The notes: a model not told the origin generated them from the sequence alone. Positions 1 to 10,965 are shown, counted from the stretch's first letter. The stretch: 41,383 nt of DNA from Kiritimatiellales bacterium (GCA_038213895.1 JBBQSL010000005.1:1-41383); one strand, 5' to 3'. Numbers and translations: made by a program.

Positions 1-2
1 AG

Positions 3-635
3 GTGCTATGGCATGGCTACCACTTCATCTTCGTCTGTAAACCACAATCGCACACCTCTTTGTATGACTGGCTCGGACGGCTCGAACCCGGCGTGGATAT
101 CCACACGCAAACACGCCGGATTAAAAACAAAGGCAAATTTGAAACCCACACCTTGCGCTACGCCAACGACGTTCCCCTGACCGAAGGCGAAGGTGCGCTG
201 CGGGTCAACTGGATGGAGCACAAGGTTGTGCGAGAGGGGAAGCAAACCTACATGAACAGCTTTGTCATCGACCGCCCGATCAACGCAGACAACGCACTGG
301 AACTCGCCGGAGCCGGGCGGGCGCGTTGGAAAGTTGAGAATGAAAACAACAACACGCTGAAAACCAAGGGCTACCACCTCGAACACAACTTCGGGCACGG
401 TAAACAGCACCTAAGCTCCCTGCTCGCCACGATGAACATTCTCGCCTTCCTGCTGCACACACTGCTCGAAGCGAACGATGAGGCCTACAGGCTCATCCGT
501 CAGCGGCTGGGCTCACGTAAGACTTTTTTTGAGCACGTCCGAGCCCTGACGTACTACCAATGCTTCGGCAACCTGCCCGAACTGTTCGACTTCATGATGC
601 GCGGCCTCGAAATCGGCCCGTACGAATTCGGATAG
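3..635 (+). mobile_element. DDE transposase, IS4/IS701-like, C-terminal fragment; 5' end lies outside the window
   Basis: The 210-aa ORF runs in from the window edge. It carries the IS4-type C-terminal signature R-x3-E-x6-K in 'RARWKVENENNNTLK', followed by 'GYHLEHNFGHG', which is typical of IS4-group DDE transposases. No start codon lies inside the window. Confidence 0.6.
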
Positions 636-1045
636 AGCCGTGGACAAATCCTCCGCCCGCCTCAGCAACCGCCCGTCCAACGCCATATTGAGAATTGCTG
701 CAACGCCAGCCTCATCTGCAAGGCTAACAAGTGACAACAACATTTTTTTTGTGCAACCCGCGCCCTCGGAGTCCTTCAGGGACAAACAACCGATCAATGG
801 TAAGGCCGCCATCAAGAGTCTCTCGTAAGTCGTAATAACCCCCGTTGCCAAATGCATGCCGATGCGAACTAAATTGGACCTCGCGAAGTTCGCTGCCGTT
901 TTTGCCAAGCGCGATCAGGACGGGATTCTTTTTCATGCGGTGCATGATACCCGCTTCATGGACGATAAGTCCACAGACAATGAGTCTAGTTTGGCGAGAT
1001 TTGCCATTCTTTGCAAAGTCAGACATGATTCGTTGCCTCAGGAGA

Positions 1046-1804
1046 ATGAATATGGCCGCCGAAAACGTTATTACCGACCTTTTTTCACAAATCATGTCGA
1101 AATATTGGTGGGTGCTGTTGATTCCGGCGATTCCACCGCTGTTGAAAATGTTTGCGCCTCTAATTAAAGGAAAAGTCGGCGAGGGTGTGGTGAATCTGGC
1201 AGCGAAGCTCCGACTTGATCCTAATATTTATCATCTGCTCAAGGATGTAACCGTTCCCACCAAAACCGGCACAACGCAGATCGACCATGTGATTGTGTCA
1301 AAATTCGGCCTTTTCGTGATCGAAACCAAAAATTACAAGGGCTGGATTTACGCAAACGCCAAAGATGCCAAATGGACGCAGGTGAATTTTAAGCAAAAGC
1401 ACCGCTTTCAAAATCCTTTGCGCCAGAATTACGCGCACATCTGCGCACTGTCCGAGTTGCTCGACCTCCTGAAAGAGAAGATCCACGGCGTGGTTTGCTT
1501 TATGGGCGATGCGAAGTTTAAAACCGAAATCCCGGACGGCGTTTTTATTCAGGGACGCTACGTGACCCACATCCAGTCGTTCAAAAACCCGATTTTCTCC
1601 GCTGAAGAAGTCGCCGCTCTCATTCAGCGCATCGAATCGGGTCGACTTGAACGCGGATTTAAAACCAACCGAGCCCACGTTCAGCAGTTAAACAGCCGGA
1701 GGTCAGTGGTCAGAGATTTGAAGTCAGAAGGTCAAAGGGCAGAGATCAGAAGCCAGAGATCAGGAAAAAACGTTCCCTCCAAAAATGATTTTTACGTTCT
1801 CTGA
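1046..1804 (+). CDS. NERD (nuclease-related) domain protein
   Basis: The segment 'TQIDHVIVSKFGLFVIETKNYKGWIYANAKDAKWTQ...NPLRQNYAHI' matches the NERD-domain core. An ATG at 1046 is preceded by GGAG 2 nt upstream (a second ATG follows at 1052). The tabulated ORF from 845 has an implausible N-terminus. The C-terminal tail is a low-complexity repeat. Confidence 0.65.
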   Translation: MNMAAENVITDLFSQIMSKYWWVLLIPAIPPLLKMFAPLIKGKVGEGVVNLAAKLRLDPNIYHLLKDVTVPTKTGTTQIDHVIVSKFGLFVIETKNYKGWIYANAKDAKWTQVNFKQKHRFQNPLRQNYAHICALSELLDLLKEKIHGVVCFMGDAKFKTEIPDGVFIQGRYVTHIQSFKNPIFSAEEVAALIQRIESGRLERGFKTNRAHVQQLNSRRSVVRDLKSEGQRAEIRSQRSGKNVPSKNDFYVL

Positions 1805-2088
1805 ACTCTTTTGCAGTTACCCATTCCCCGACGTGGTTCAAGGATCTCTGCGGGGATAAATTTAGACAAAACCGCATGATATTCGGTACAGACGCGGTCG
1901 CAGCCCTATCTATTTTTGACCGCAAAGCAACAGTTGCTGTAACCGTGCACAGTGGATGCGGCAAGAAAATCCTGTCGATCCTGTTATCCTGTCAAAAACT
2001 CCCGCTTTATGTGGGGTGGTTATGCCCCCGTCTTTGGGGAAGAGTTGGGAAGAGCCGAAGAGCGTGCAAACATTGGGTAAAGTGGGTG

Positions 2089-2164
<76 letters not shown>

Positions 2165-2267
2165 ATAAAAAGAAGCGCGCATATTACGCAAAAATCAACT
2201 GATGTCAAACGAAACGCGCTTCCCTTTCCACTTGTTTCACCCGGCACTCCTCTTTACTCTTCCACCT

Positions 2268-3194
2268 ATGTACGTGCTCAACAGTCTAATGCCCGTTTTT
2301 CTAATCATTGCACTTGGAAAATTGCTTTGCCGAACCGGTTTTTTCTCCCCAAGCCTCATTAAAGGTCTTAACCAGCTCACGTACTGGGTCGCTCTGCCCG
2401 CCCTGCTCTTTGCCGAAATTTCCAGCGCAGTCTTTGATAGCGGCGAAGTCAACCGTATTACCCTGCTACTAATCAGCGCCACGTTGATTTCTTTTCTGCT
2501 CGGCTACCTCGCGGCACTACTGTTGCGTCTGCCGCATCGTGCACTCGGCGCATTTGTTCAAGGCTGCGGACGCGGTAATAACGCCTTTGTCGGCCTGCCG
2601 GTCATCCTTTACGCGATGAGCAGCATTTTCCCTAACGTTAAAACCATCGCTACCGTGGCTCTCGGCCCAGCTATTATTTTCTACAACATTTCTTCCATCA
2701 TCATTCTGTTGGCCCACGGCGAACGACAGCATAAAGGAGCCGCAGCAGTCGGTGTGTTCCTTAAGCAATTAGTACTGAATCCAATGATCCTTGCCTGCGT
2801 TGCTGGACTGCTAATCAACCGAGCCGGTATCACCCTTCCGCTGATCCTCTCACGAACCTTTGCATCGCTCGGGCAGGCGGCGCTACCGCTCGCTCTGCTG
2901 TGCATCGGCTCTTCACTCACGTTCGAAAAATCACCAGCCGCCATTGCACCGGCAATCATCGCCTCCGTCATTAAAGTTTTCATCCTGCCAGCAATCGGTT
3001 TTCTGCTCGGACACCTCTGGGGTCTCTCCGTTATGGAAATGAAAATTCTGCTCATCTACCTCGCCTGTCCAACCGCCACGGCCAGTTATGTCCTCGCCGA
3101 TATGTTCGGCAGTGACGCCCCGCTCGCCAGTCGTATCATCGTCATCAGCACGCTGCTTTCCGCAATTTCGCTTAGTATCGTTGTAGCTATGTAA
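2268..3194 (+). CDS. AEC-family (auxin efflux carrier-like) membrane transporter
   Basis: Polytopic membrane protein. The N-terminus '[17 protein letters not shown]' and the overall TM pattern are typical of AEC/MDR-type permeases. Start chosen at the ATG at 2268; the tabulated ORF begins at 2202. Confidence 0.6.
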   Translation: MYVLNSLMPVFLIIALGKLLCRTGFFSPSLIKGLNQLTYWVALPALLFAEISSAVFDSGEVNRITLLLISATLISFLLGYLAALLLRLPHRALGAFVQGCGRGNNAFVGLPVILYAMSSIFPNVKTIATVALGPAIIFYNISSIIILLAHGERQHKGAAAVGVFLKQLVLNPMILACVAGLLINRAGITLPLILSRTFASLGQAALPLALLCIGSSLTFEKSPAAIAPAIIASVIKVFILPAIGFLLGHLWGLSVMEMKILLIYLACPTATASYVLADMFGSDAPLASRIIVISTLLSAISLSIVVAM

Positions 3195-3205
3195 AGGATT
3201 CACGT

Positions 3206-4390
3206 ATGATCCCAAAAAAACGCTTTGGAAAAACCGAATTACAAATGCCTGTACTCACCTGCGGCGGTATGCGCTACCAGCAGAGCTGGCAGGACGACGA
3301 GGCCGCCCGTCAATCTGTGACGGAGGAAAATCAAAAAAATCTCGAAGCCACCGTCCGCTACGCGCTCGACCTCGGCATCAATCACATCGAAACCGCCCGC
3401 GGCTACGGCACCTCGGAATTCCAGCTCGGAAAATTTCTGCCCTCACTTCCGCGCGACCAAATGATCGTCCAAACCAAGATTGGCCCGAAGGATACGCCCG
3501 CCGAGTTTCTGGAAACATTTGAAACATCCATGTCGGCCTTGAAGCTCGACTATGTTGACCTGCTCGCGATCCATGGGATTAACAACGAAGAAACCTTGCA
3601 ACAGGCTCTTAAAAGCATGCCTGCACTCGAACAGCTCAAAAAAGAAGGCCGCTGCCGTCACATCGGCTTCTCCACGCATGGCCCGGCACACACCGTTGTC
3701 AAAGCCATCGAAACGGGCCTCTTCGACTACGTCAACCTCCACTGGTACTTCGTGTACCACCCGACCAACCGCGCGCCGGTCGATGCCGCCGCCAAACTCG
3801 ACATGGGTGTCTTCATCATCAGTCCCGTCGATAAAGGCGGCAAACTCTACGAGCCGCCGCCCAAACTCATCGACCTTTGCCAGCCGCTCACCCCGATGGC
3901 CTTCAACGACCTCTACTGCCTGCGCGACCCGAAGGTTCATACGCTCTCCATCGGTGCCGCGCGTCCGTCGGATCTCGTCGAACACGTCGCCGCCGTCCAG
4001 AACATGGAAGAAAAATTTCCAACCCTTGGAAAAATCGAAGCCAAACTTTTCCAGGCCTTGGAAAAATCACTCGGTGCCGAGTGGGCGCACCGCTGGCACG
4101 AAGGGCTTCCGCGACAAGTTGACACGCCCGGCGAAATCAACATTCCGGAAATTTTGCGCCTCTGGATTTACGCCAAGGGACTAGACATGGTGGCGTTCGG
4201 TAAAATGCGCTACAATCTCATGGGCAATGCTGGACACTGGTTCCCGGGCCAAAACGCCGCCAACATCGATCAGGTTGATTTGACTGACGTCTTGAAAAAC
4301 AGCCCCTTCGCTCAGGAGATTCCCGCCATCCTGCGCGAGGCTCACCAGATGCTTTTCGACGAACCAAAAAAACGTCTCAGCGAGTCGTAA
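3206..4390 (+). CDS. aldo/keto reductase family oxidoreductase (long form, 394 aa)
   Basis: '[18 protein letters not shown]', a 'HGIN' motif and a TIM-barrel AKR pattern. An AAGGA ribosome-binding site lies 8 nt upstream. Confidence 0.7.
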   Translation: MIPKKRFGKTELQMPVLTCGGMRYQQSWQDDEAARQSVTEENQKNLEATVRYALDLGINHIETARGYGTSEFQLGKFLPSLPRDQMIVQTKIGPKDTPAEFLETFETSMSALKLDYVDLLAIHGINNEETLQQALKSMPALEQLKKEGRCRHIGFSTHGPAHTVVKAIETGLFDYVNLHWYFVYHPTNRAPVDAAAKLDMGVFIISPVDKGGKLYEPPPKLIDLCQPLTPMAFNDLYCLRDPKVHTLSIGAARPSDLVEHVAAVQNMEEKFPTLGKIEAKLFQALEKSLGAEWAHRWHEGLPRQVDTPGEINIPEILRLWIYAKGLDMVAFGKMRYNLMGNAGHWFPGQNAANIDQVDLTDVLKNSPFAQEIPAILREAHQMLFDEPKKRLSES

Positions 4391-4413
4391 GCGGCGGAAA
4401 CGGAATCAATTTA

Positions 4414-4454
4414 AGGCAGGCAGGATGCCTGCGATACGTACCGCGGGCTTCCAG
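4414..4454. repeat. dispersed copy related to the 33-bp tandem repeat (shared core CCTGCGATACGTACCGC)
   Basis: AAGGCAGGCAGGATGCCTGCGATACGTACCGCGGGCTTCCAG lies 24 nt after the AKR stop. The 17-nt core is identical to the one at 40650-40666. It is a hairpin-forming inverted repeat. Confidence 0.6.
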
Positions 4455-4654
4455 AGCGTTTTAAGAAAAGTCGTAGCCCAGACTGCAAGCCCTCCGGAAT
4501 ACCAGAGAGGCTCGCCCTACAAGTTTTTGTGTAGGACGTCCCTCTCGAAGAGGGCGTAAATAGATACAGTATTATTTAAAACGCTCCAGATTGCCTTTTA
4601 GAACCGGCCGCAGATTTTTTTGAATACGTTCTAATACCAGTCACTGTTATGAAT

Positions 4655-4682
4655 CGGTAAAAGAACGAGCGTCCCACTCGTT
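4655..4682 (-). terminator. possible rho-independent terminator of the nfeD-flotillin operon
   Basis: On the minus strand, stem AACGAG/CTCGTT (9-nt loop) is followed by CTTTTACC, about 60 nt after the flotillin stop. The stem is weak. Confidence 0.3.
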
Positions 4683-4743
4683 TCTCCGCCTCGGCGGATC
4701 TACCTGCTTGTCCGCCTTAGCGCAACGCGCGAAGGAGGAAAAA

Positions 4744-6165
4744 CTACTTTTCTGGAGCAGGTTCGGATTTCTTTTCTTCCTGCATTCTACCGAGAAATTC
4801 CGGCAGATCGAGACCGACCTGCTTGGCTAACTCATGCATGGGAGGCAAGGCACCCATGAGGCGTCCGCCCAAGCCGGAGAGTCCGCCTTCTTTGCCGCCG
4901 CCGTCCCAGACGATAATTTTTTCGATCGGTAGATCCTGAATGGCCTGTGCCTGAATACCGGCAATTTCCTGGAGTTTTTCAATGAGCAGCAACGAGGCGG
5001 CCTGATTCGTGGTTTTACAGGCGGTGACGAGGGCTTCGTACCCTTTAGCTTTCCCGTCGAGGATCGCCTGCACCCCAGACGCTTCGGCGCGCATCTTGGC
5101 CAGATTCCCTTCCGCTTCCCCTTGCGCAATGCGGATGGAGCGCTGTTTTTCGGCTTCGGCGGCGATGATGGTCTGTTCTTTTTCAGCTTCGGCCGGAACG
5201 ACAATGGTGGCACGCAGACGAGCGGTTTCACGCTCAGCGCGGGCTTCTTCGGCTTTTTTCTCTGCAATTTCCTGCGCGACACGAATAGCGCCATCGGCTT
5301 CTTTCATCGCCGATTCAGCGCGCTGGCGTGCTTCCTGCTCCGCTACGTGCTGATTGGCTTCGTAGGCGGCTTTTTTAGCGCGCGCTTCAGTTTCGCCTAA
5401 TGCGGCTTCGGCGTCGAGACCGGCGCGTTTTGAGCGGCGTTCGCGGTCGGCGGTGGCTTCACCGATTTCCGCTTCGGCCAGTGCCGCAGCGACGGCAATG
5501 CGCTGGTCGCGTTCACGTACAGCCACGCCGGTTTTTCCGATCTTTTCCTGCTCAGCCACGTCAACGAGTGCCTTATTGATGGCTTCAGCGGCAGCTTGAC
5601 GGCCGAGCGCTTCGATGTAGCCGGATTCGTCGCCGATGTCACGGATGTTGACGTTGATGAGGTAGAGACCGATTTTTTCGAGCTCGCCGGAGACCGCCTC
5701 GTTCACTTTGCCGAGAAACGCCTGACGGTCCTGGTTGATTTCTTCAATGCGCATGGTGGCAATAACCGCACGCATCTGTCCGAGAATAATATCCTGCGCC
5801 TGATCTTCGATTTGCTTGCGGGAAAGACCGAGCAAACGAACGGCGGCGTTCTGCATAACGCCCGGAGTATTCGAGACGGCGGCGGTAACTGAGGTCGGCA
5901 CACTGACGCGGATGTTTTCCATCGAGAGGGCATTTTTGAGGTCAATCGGCACCACGAAAGGTTCGAGGTCGAGGTAGGCAAAATCCTGCAATAACGGCCA
6001 GACAAAGGCCGCGCCGCCGTGAATACACTTGGCTGCGCCGCTGCTAGTTTTTCCGTAGATCACGAGGATCTTGTTGGAAGGGCACCGGCGATAACGACTT
6101 ACCAGTGCCAGAAAGGCACCGATAATCGCAACGGCAATGATGATTAGTAATATTAATCCGGTCAT
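4744..6165 (-). CDS. flotillin family protein (SPFH domain, YqiK/FloA-like)
   Basis: N-terminal TM segment, an SPFH domain, and a long Ala/Glu-rich coiled coil ('AEQEARQRAE...EAEKEQTIIAAEAEKQR'). Confidence 0.85.
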   Translation of the reverse strand: MTGLILLIIIAVAIIGAFLALVSRYRRCPSNKILVIYGKTSSGAAKCIHGGAAFVWPLLQDFAYLDLEPFVVPIDLKNALSMENIRVSVPTSVTAAVSNTPGVMQNAAVRLLGLSRKQIEDQAQDIILGQMRAVIATMRIEEINQDRQAFLGKVNEAVSGELEKIGLYLINVNIRDIGDESGYIEALGRQAAAEAINKALVDVAEQEKIGKTGVAVRERDQRIAVAAALAEAEIGEATADRERRSKRAGLDAEAALGETEARAKKAAYEANQHVAEQEARQRAESAMKEADGAIRVAQEIAEKKAEEARAERETARLRATIVVPAEAEKEQTIIAAEAEKQRSIRIAQGEAEGNLAKMRAEASGVQAILDGKAKGYEALVTACKTTNQAASLLLIEKLQEIAGIQAQAIQDLPIEKIIVWDGGGKEGGLSGLGGRLMGALPPMHELAKQVGLDLPEFLGRMQEEKKSEPAPEK

Positions 6166-6794
6166 TTTAAGTCTCCATTTTCTGTTATTTTTTCCACCTC
6201 AACTAACGACGGTTCAATCACCCGCACAACACGCACCTGCGTACCGGCCGGTAAAGCCTCCTGATTCACGTTCTTTGCTTTCACATGTTCCGAAACCCCG
6301 TTGACTATAATTTTTATTTCACCAAACCCTCCGTCTGGAATATTGAGATAGACGGTTCCGATTTGGCCTTTGCAGGCGGCCATATTTTTGGTTCCGGTTT
6401 CGGTTAGTTTTCCCATGCCATAGAATATCCCAGCAATGGCTAGCATTCCGACCACGCCCCAAATAGAGGCGATTCCCATCGCCGTGAACGCAGGCATGCC
6501 GTCGGACGTGTAAAGCGCACCACCCCAGGAAAAGAGGGTGAAAAAGGTGATGATCGAGCGTAAACTGAGTACCTTAAACGCCTGAGAAGATTCGACCACG
6601 TCGTTGTGGTCCATATCATCCGGCACATCTACGTCGCTGACATTCGCCACGGAGTCACCAGCGATATCCGCATCGTCGCCAGACAGCCCCATGAAGGCGG
6701 CAACAATCTGCCATAGAAAAAATACACTAAAAAACACGGCCATTCCGTAGAATATTCGTGTTACCTCGGCTAAGTTAACCCACCACTCCTGCAT
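6162..6794 (-). CDS. NfeD/YqiJ-family membrane protein, partner of flotillin
   Basis: Two or three TM helices followed by a C-terminal OB-fold-like segment ('GTVYLNIPDGGFGEIKIIVNG...VRVVRV'). The stop overlaps the flotillin start by 4 nt (ATGA), which indicates an operon. Confidence 0.7.
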   Translation of the reverse strand: MQEWWVNLAEVTRIFYGMAVFFSVFFLWQIVAAFMGLSGDDADIAGDSVANVSDVDVPDDMDHNDVVESSQAFKVLSLRSIITFFTLFSWGGALYTSDGMPAFTAMGIASIWGVVGMLAIAGIFYGMGKLTETGTKNMAACKGQIGTVYLNIPDGGFGEIKIIVNGVSEHVKAKNVNQEALPAGTQVRVVRVIEPSLVEVEKITENGDLK

Positions 6795-6809
6795 AGCTTC
6801 CCCCTATTT

Positions 6810-6947
6810 TACGATTCTACGTACAATCCTTTTTCACAGGCCACGACAAAGCTTTCTGCCGACGATTTCATCTGCTCCCACTCGACCCGGATGTTCTCCG
6901 CCTCGATCAGGTCAATCACGCCGTCGTTTTCAATGCTTGCCGTCATT
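6810..6947 (-). CDS. hypothetical small acidic protein (45 aa) upstream of nfeD-flotillin
   Basis: Found by manual translation (MTASIENDGVIDLIEAENIRVEWEQMKSSAESFVVACEKGLYVES). It stops 16 nt before the nfeD start. The ribosome-binding site is weak. Speculative. Confidence 0.25.
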
Positions 6948-7065
6948 ATAACTTCACCGGATTTTATAATGGTATTAAGCATTAAAGTTGCGCATGATCA
7001 TAATGAATCATACAAGAAGACTCTATTCTGTCGATCAACAACCAGCAAGAAAACGAGAGAAAATC

Positions 7066-7173
7066 ATGGACTGTCCAAAATGCAGCAAGGAGATGAAGGA
7101 AAACGAATACAAGGGCATCAAATACGACCAGTGCAAAAACTGCGGCGGACTCTGGTTCGATTCTCAACGGTAA
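7066..7173 (+). CDS. zinc-ribbon protein (zf-TFIIB-like, CPxC...CxxC), 35 aa
   Basis: 'MDCPKCSKEM...KYDQCKNCGGLWFD' is the typical Zn-ribbon 'TF zinc finger' motif. The tabulated ORF 6988-7173 has an unlikely N-terminal extension. Confidence 0.5.
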   Translation: MDCPKCSKEMKENEYKGIKYDQCKNCGGLWFDSQR

Positions 7174-7230
7174 AGTCCGTTTCCCAATGGTTGAAAAAAA
7201 GTCGCGCGAAATTTTCCAAGCATCGGAAAT

Positions 7231-8451
7231 TTAGAAATCGTACGTCACAAACAAACGGGCGTCGGTGGCGGTTCGGTTGTCCGTGCCGTTCGTCCAGTCT
7301 TGATAGCCTGCGCCGAGCTTAACCGCAACCGACAGATGGTCGTTGATCGGCTGTTTCACAACAAAATTGAGCTCCTGTCCGTCAAAAGCGTATCGGCTGT
7401 GCTCCTGCCAGGTGTAGCTGTAGAGCATGTAAAGAAACGTCTTGCCAATCTTGGTCGTGGCTTTCAGATAGGCGCTGTCGGAGCCGCCATTGAAAGGACC
7501 GGAATAGATCAGCAGCGGAGCACCCAGCGGGTGATTCAGTCCAGTGCTTGTCTCATGAAAAACCATATTACCACCATGGACGCTAAACCAGCCGGGCTCA
7601 AGGGTAACGCCACCGACCTTTTGTTCGAACGCGAGACTGAACATGTCCGAATTAAACGGCGCGATAGAATCCGCCGTCTGTACAGAATCCCCGTGCTGGA
7701 AATAACCGAGCAACGCCGTGGTATCCGTTAGCGTATAGCGCGTCCGCCCACCGGTGACATTAGCGATATCCTGCACATACGCCTCATACACGGCCACTTC
7801 AAGATTGGTGATGCCGGTAAACACCGCCTCACCCCAGGAAATACCGCGGCTGTCACAGCCTTTCCCCTGCTTAGCCAGCACTTCGTCAAAGTCGTTGAAT
7901 TTCCAGCCGTCCTTATCATCCAAAACGTTGCTGAGCCGCCAGACGTGGCCAAAAGTAAGCGTCGTGTGCGGAATATCCTTGGTGGTCACTTGGATGGCTT
8001 CAATCGAGCGCGGCTTCTGGCGGATTTCATCGGAACGGAACAACTCACCGTTGATCACTTGCCGTCCGGCTTTAACAAACGTGTTGGTCAGTCCGAGACT
8101 TTCGAAGCGGTATTTAACCCAAGCCTCGTTCAGAATATTCACCCGACCGTTGCTCAGCAGTTTCTTCCCGTTATCGCTATCCTTGCTGGCATCGACCGGC
8201 TCCACATAAATCCAAGTCAACCCGGAACTAAACCCCGCGAGTTCCGGCGATTTGTAGCCCAGCAAAAATCCCGCCGTCGTGGAATAGGCATTGTCGGGCG
8301 TGGCATTTTCGACGTCGCGATACATGCTCAGCGTCTGCACCCGCGCATTCCAGGTTCCATAACCCAGATCATTTATAGGCTTCAGCAGGCTTTCAGCGGA
8401 CACAACGGCGCACCAAGCCGCCAACAATACAAACAACAGAATTTTTTTCAT
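7231..8451 (-). CDS. outer-membrane beta-barrel porin (OprD-like?)
   Basis: N-terminal signal peptide 'MKKILLFVLLAAWCAVVSA', alternating amphipathic beta-strands, and a C-terminal 'YDF'. Confidence 0.5.
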   Translation of the reverse strand: MKKILLFVLLAAWCAVVSAESLLKPINDLGYGTWNARVQTLSMYRDVENATPDNAYSTTAGFLLGYKSPELAGFSSGLTWIYVEPVDASKDSDNGKKLLSNGRVNILNEAWVKYRFESLGLTNTFVKAGRQVINGELFRSDEIRQKPRSIEAIQVTTKDIPHTTLTFGHVWRLSNVLDDKDGWKFNDFDEVLAKQGKGCDSRGISWGEAVFTGITNLEVAVYEAYVQDIANVTGGRTRYTLTDTTALLGYFQHGDSVQTADSIAPFNSDMFSLAFEQKVGGVTLEPGWFSVHGGNMVFHETSTGLNHPLGAPLLIYSGPFNGGSDSAYLKATTKIGKTFLYMLYSYTWQEHSRYAFDGQELNFVVKQPINDHLSVAVKLGAGYQDWTNGTDNRTATDARLFVTYDF

Positions 8452-8577
8452 AATAATCCTCTCCGTTAAGATTTGTAAAAGGTCGCATTCTTATCTTTTT
8501 GACAACCCGGCGGCAAACATGATTTCTTTTGAACTTTGCCTGATAACAAAGAACTGTCAACTAACCTCGAGGTTTCA

Positions 8578-8892
8578 ATGAGCGAATTTAAAAACGTAAC
8601 CGTAGTGAAAAAAGCCAATGTCTATTTTGACGGCAAGGTCACCAGCCGCACTGTACTGTTTGCCGACGGCACAAAGAAAACCCTCGGCATCATGATGCCC
8701 GGCGATTACGAATTCGGCACCGACGCCGCAGAGATCATGGAAATGCTCGGCGGACAAATGGACGTTCTCCTGCCCGGTTCCAACGATTGGAAAACCTTCC
8801 AAGCGGGCGAATCCTATCAGGTTCCAGCCAACAGCAAATTTAAACTCAAAGTCCCCGTCGTCGCCGACTACTGCTGCTCGTATCTCAAGTAA
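8578..8892 (+). CDS. ppnP: pyrimidine/purine nucleoside phosphorylase PpnP (DUF1255)
   Basis: '[23 protein letters not shown]...GDYEFGT...VLLPGS' matches the PpnP/YaiE family. Start taken at the ATG at 8578. Confidence 0.75.
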   Translation: MSEFKNVTVVKKANVYFDGKVTSRTVLFADGTKKTLGIMMPGDYEFGTDAAEIMEMLGGQMDVLLPGSNDWKTFQAGESYQVPANSKFKLKVPVVADYCCSYLK

Positions 8893-8906
8893 GACGCCTG
8901 AGTTTA

Positions 8907-8955
8907 GGTAGGGACGGCTCGCCGAACCGTCCGCGACGCGTTCGGCGAACGCGCC
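8907..8955 (+). repeat. copy 1 (5' part only) of dispersed GC-rich palindromic repeat R
   Basis: GGTAGGGACGGCTCGCCGAACCGTCCGC lies 15 nt after the ppnP stop. It matches the 5' ends of the copies at 25827 and 35265 (reverse complement). Confidence 0.7.
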
Positions 8956-9073
8956 CCACCAAAGCATCTTGTCTGCGCAACAAACTTATTTTTTCTTTTT
9001 CTCTTTGTGGATCACCGGACCACCAGCCAAAACCACCACTTTCCATGTCTTCATATTGCATCTTCCTTTCAAT

Positions 9074-10378
9074 CTAAAAATCTACTAGCGACAGCGCTTT
9101 TTCTGGCTGGCGATTGTCAATCCGTTTCCCGAGAGCGGTATATTTCTGAATCCGTTTTTCCAGTGTTAATGAAGCCAGCGGATTTTGCAGATTAAAAAGG
9201 CCAAGCTGCGGATTTTCAGCCGCCAGTTTTTCGTGCGCAATCAGCGCCCAAGCCGCATCCGTCAGATGGCGGAATTCCGGTTCGAGCAGAATCGGACAGT
9301 TAAAGGTCTGTCGCGAGCTGTTAATATCCACGCCGCTGATTTCCATCAAGCCGTTGTCTTGACAAAGTTTCTGCAAACGAAGCAACTGTGGCTTGGTATT
9401 GCGTGGCGGCATATAGGTGATGGCTTTGAACCCGATCTTCTTCAATTCCGGCACCAGTTCGTCGAGATAGTCGTCTTCAAACTTTTCGGCCTTCTTGTCG
9501 CCGGTCGGCGACTCGCCAACATCGCCCAAATAGGCGTAAGCCGGAATCGCGCCGATGTCGTTGGCGAAGTTCACCGCATCGCGGACATTAATACACTCCT
9601 CTTTGTCGGAGAGGATAAAAAATTCCGACACCAGCGCCGACTTGAACACGCCGAGCAGATCATAGGCATAGTGCGGATTATTCAGATCCAACAGGACTCC
9701 CTTTAGCTTTCCGGGGATTGGAAGCTGCATCTGTTTTTCGACAAAAGAAATTAGCTTTTCGCCCTTCCCAAACGCTTTGATCAGCTTCAGCGACAGCGCA
9801 TAAAGAATGTGGCGCTCGGTGATAGATCCGCCATGGTCTGCTTCAGAAATCGCCAGGACATCTTTTTCGAAATCAAGCTGAGGGGCACCGAGCTTGGCCA
9901 ACACGGCATTGAGTTGTTCAACCTCTTTCCGGTCGCGGGCAATCCTCTTTTCGTGAATGGGTTTCAAAAACTGTGCAACGGCTTTGAACTGATTACGCGG
10001 GATACCGTGAAACGCAATGTAGCTGACGTTCGGCTCATCTGGGTTATTGGTTTTACGACCTTCGACCAGCGTGCCGTCCATATTGACGCGGATTTCACAA
10101 CCAGCGGTGCTGGCGATATTCACCGCCTTACAAGCCTCCAGCATTTCTTCGCAGCCGGCAACGGAATCGTGATCCATAACGCCGACGGTCTGCAACCCAG
10201 CCTGAGCGGCTTTCACTGCCGCCATGCAGGGCGAATAGGGACTGAAAGAATAAATCGTGTGAACGTGATTATTCACTTCCTCCGTTGGTTTTACGCCTTC
10301 CTTGACCGATAAGCCCAATTCGCGAACAGCCATAAGCCGGGTCTTTACGCAAGGATCGTTTAATTTTGAAAGGCTCAT
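9074..10378 (-). CDS. PHP (polymerase/histidinol-phosphatase) domain protein
   Basis: 'HVHTIYSFSPYSP' fits the HxH metal site of the PHP domain. A GGAG ribosome-binding site lies 8 nt upstream of the ATG at 10378. Confidence 0.6.
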   Translation of the reverse strand: MSLSKLNDPCVKTRLMAVRELGLSVKEGVKPTEEVNNHVHTIYSFSPYSPCMAAVKAAQAGLQTVGVMDHDSVAGCEEMLEACKAVNIASTAGCEIRVNMDGTLVEGRKTNNPDEPNVSYIAFHGIPRNQFKAVAQFLKPIHEKRIARDRKEVEQLNAVLAKLGAPQLDFEKDVLAISEADHGGSITERHILYALSLKLIKAFGKGEKLISFVEKQMQLPIPGKLKGVLLDLNNPHYAYDLLGVFKSALVSEFFILSDKEECINVRDAVNFANDIGAIPAYAYLGDVGESPTGDKKAEKFEDDYLDELVPELKKIGFKAITYMPPRNTKPQLLRLQKLCQDNGLMEISGVDINSSRQTFNCPILLEPEFRHLTDAAWALIAHEKLAAENPQLGLFNLQNPLASLTLEKRIQKYTALGKRIDNRQPEKALSLVDF

Positions 10379-10511
10379 TCGAAAATCTCCTGTTAAAAAT
10401 AAGCGCGCAGACTATCTGATCACGATCAGGAATCCAAGCTTTGGACGGTGCCGTTTTGAACGCCCCCTGTTTTACCTTTCCGCTAGGCGCGGCGCAGTAT
10501 ATATAAGCGGA

Positions 10512-10766
10512 ATGAAACGCGATATTGAATGGATTGAAAAACTCGACGACGGCGTAAAGCGCACCGTGCGCATTGCCATTTCCATGAATAAGGGGATCAA
10601 ATGGCAGTTCAAACGCTCCGACGAAGAGCGCTGGGATTATGACACCCCAGCATCCCCCGAAGACTGGCTGGCGCTCGATGAAAAAGTCGCCGCACTCTAT
10701 AACCGCCGCCGCGCCACCCATGAAGAGCTGGAACTCGTTCGCGCCCAGAGGAAAAAACATGGCTGA
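10512..10766 (+). CDS. hypothetical protein (84 aa), translationally coupled to the S4-domain gene
   Basis: Start taken at the ATG at 10512 within the tabulated ORF 10302-10766. The stop overlaps the downstream start (ATGGCTGA). Confidence 0.4.
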   Translation: MKRDIEWIEKLDDGVKRTVRIAISMNKGIKWQFKRSDEERWDYDTPASPEDWLALDEKVAALYNRRRATHEELELVRAQRKKHG

Positions 10767-10965
10767 GTTCACCATCACCGGCGAATATATTGAGTTGGAT
10801 AAGCTACTGAAAGCCAGGCACCTATGCGGCACCGGCGGCGAAGCTAGGATCGTCATCAGCAAAGGCCTCGTCACCGTGGACGGCGAAGTTGAATTGCGCC
10901 TGCGCCGCAAAGTTCGCTCTGGCATGACCGTTCAGTTCGACGGCGAAACCATCTCCGTCCGGTGA
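10759..10965 (+). CDS. ybcJ: ribosome-associated S4-domain RNA-binding protein (YbcJ-like)
   Basis: 'MAEFTITGEYIELDKLLKA...GEARIVISKGLVTVDGEV..RRKVRSGMTVQF' matches the YbcJ family. A GAGGA ribosome-binding site is present. Confidence 0.7.
   Translation: MAEFTITGEYIELDKLLKARHLCGTGGEARIVISKGLVTVDGEVELRLRRKVRSGMTVQFDGETISVR

Noticed and set aside
724-1167. ORFs 724-1095 (-) and 856-1167 (+) between the transposase fragment and the NERD gene
   Set aside because: They overlap each other, have no recognisable domains and no convincing ribosome-binding sites. The region is more likely IS-terminal or intergenic.
5009-5892. Several ORFs on the strand opposite to, or in other frames within, the flotillin gene
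   Set aside because: They are low-complexity Ala/Arg-rich translations of the antisense of an Ala/Glu-rich coiled coil.
6891-7322. 143-aa + strand ORF 6891-7322
   Set aside because: It spans the Zn-ribbon gene in another frame and runs into the porin gene.
9007-9195. 62-aa + strand ORF, and a 21-aa minus-strand ORF at about 9010-9070
   Set aside because: The first overlaps the 3' end of the PHP gene on the opposite strand. Both are too short with no ribosome-binding site.
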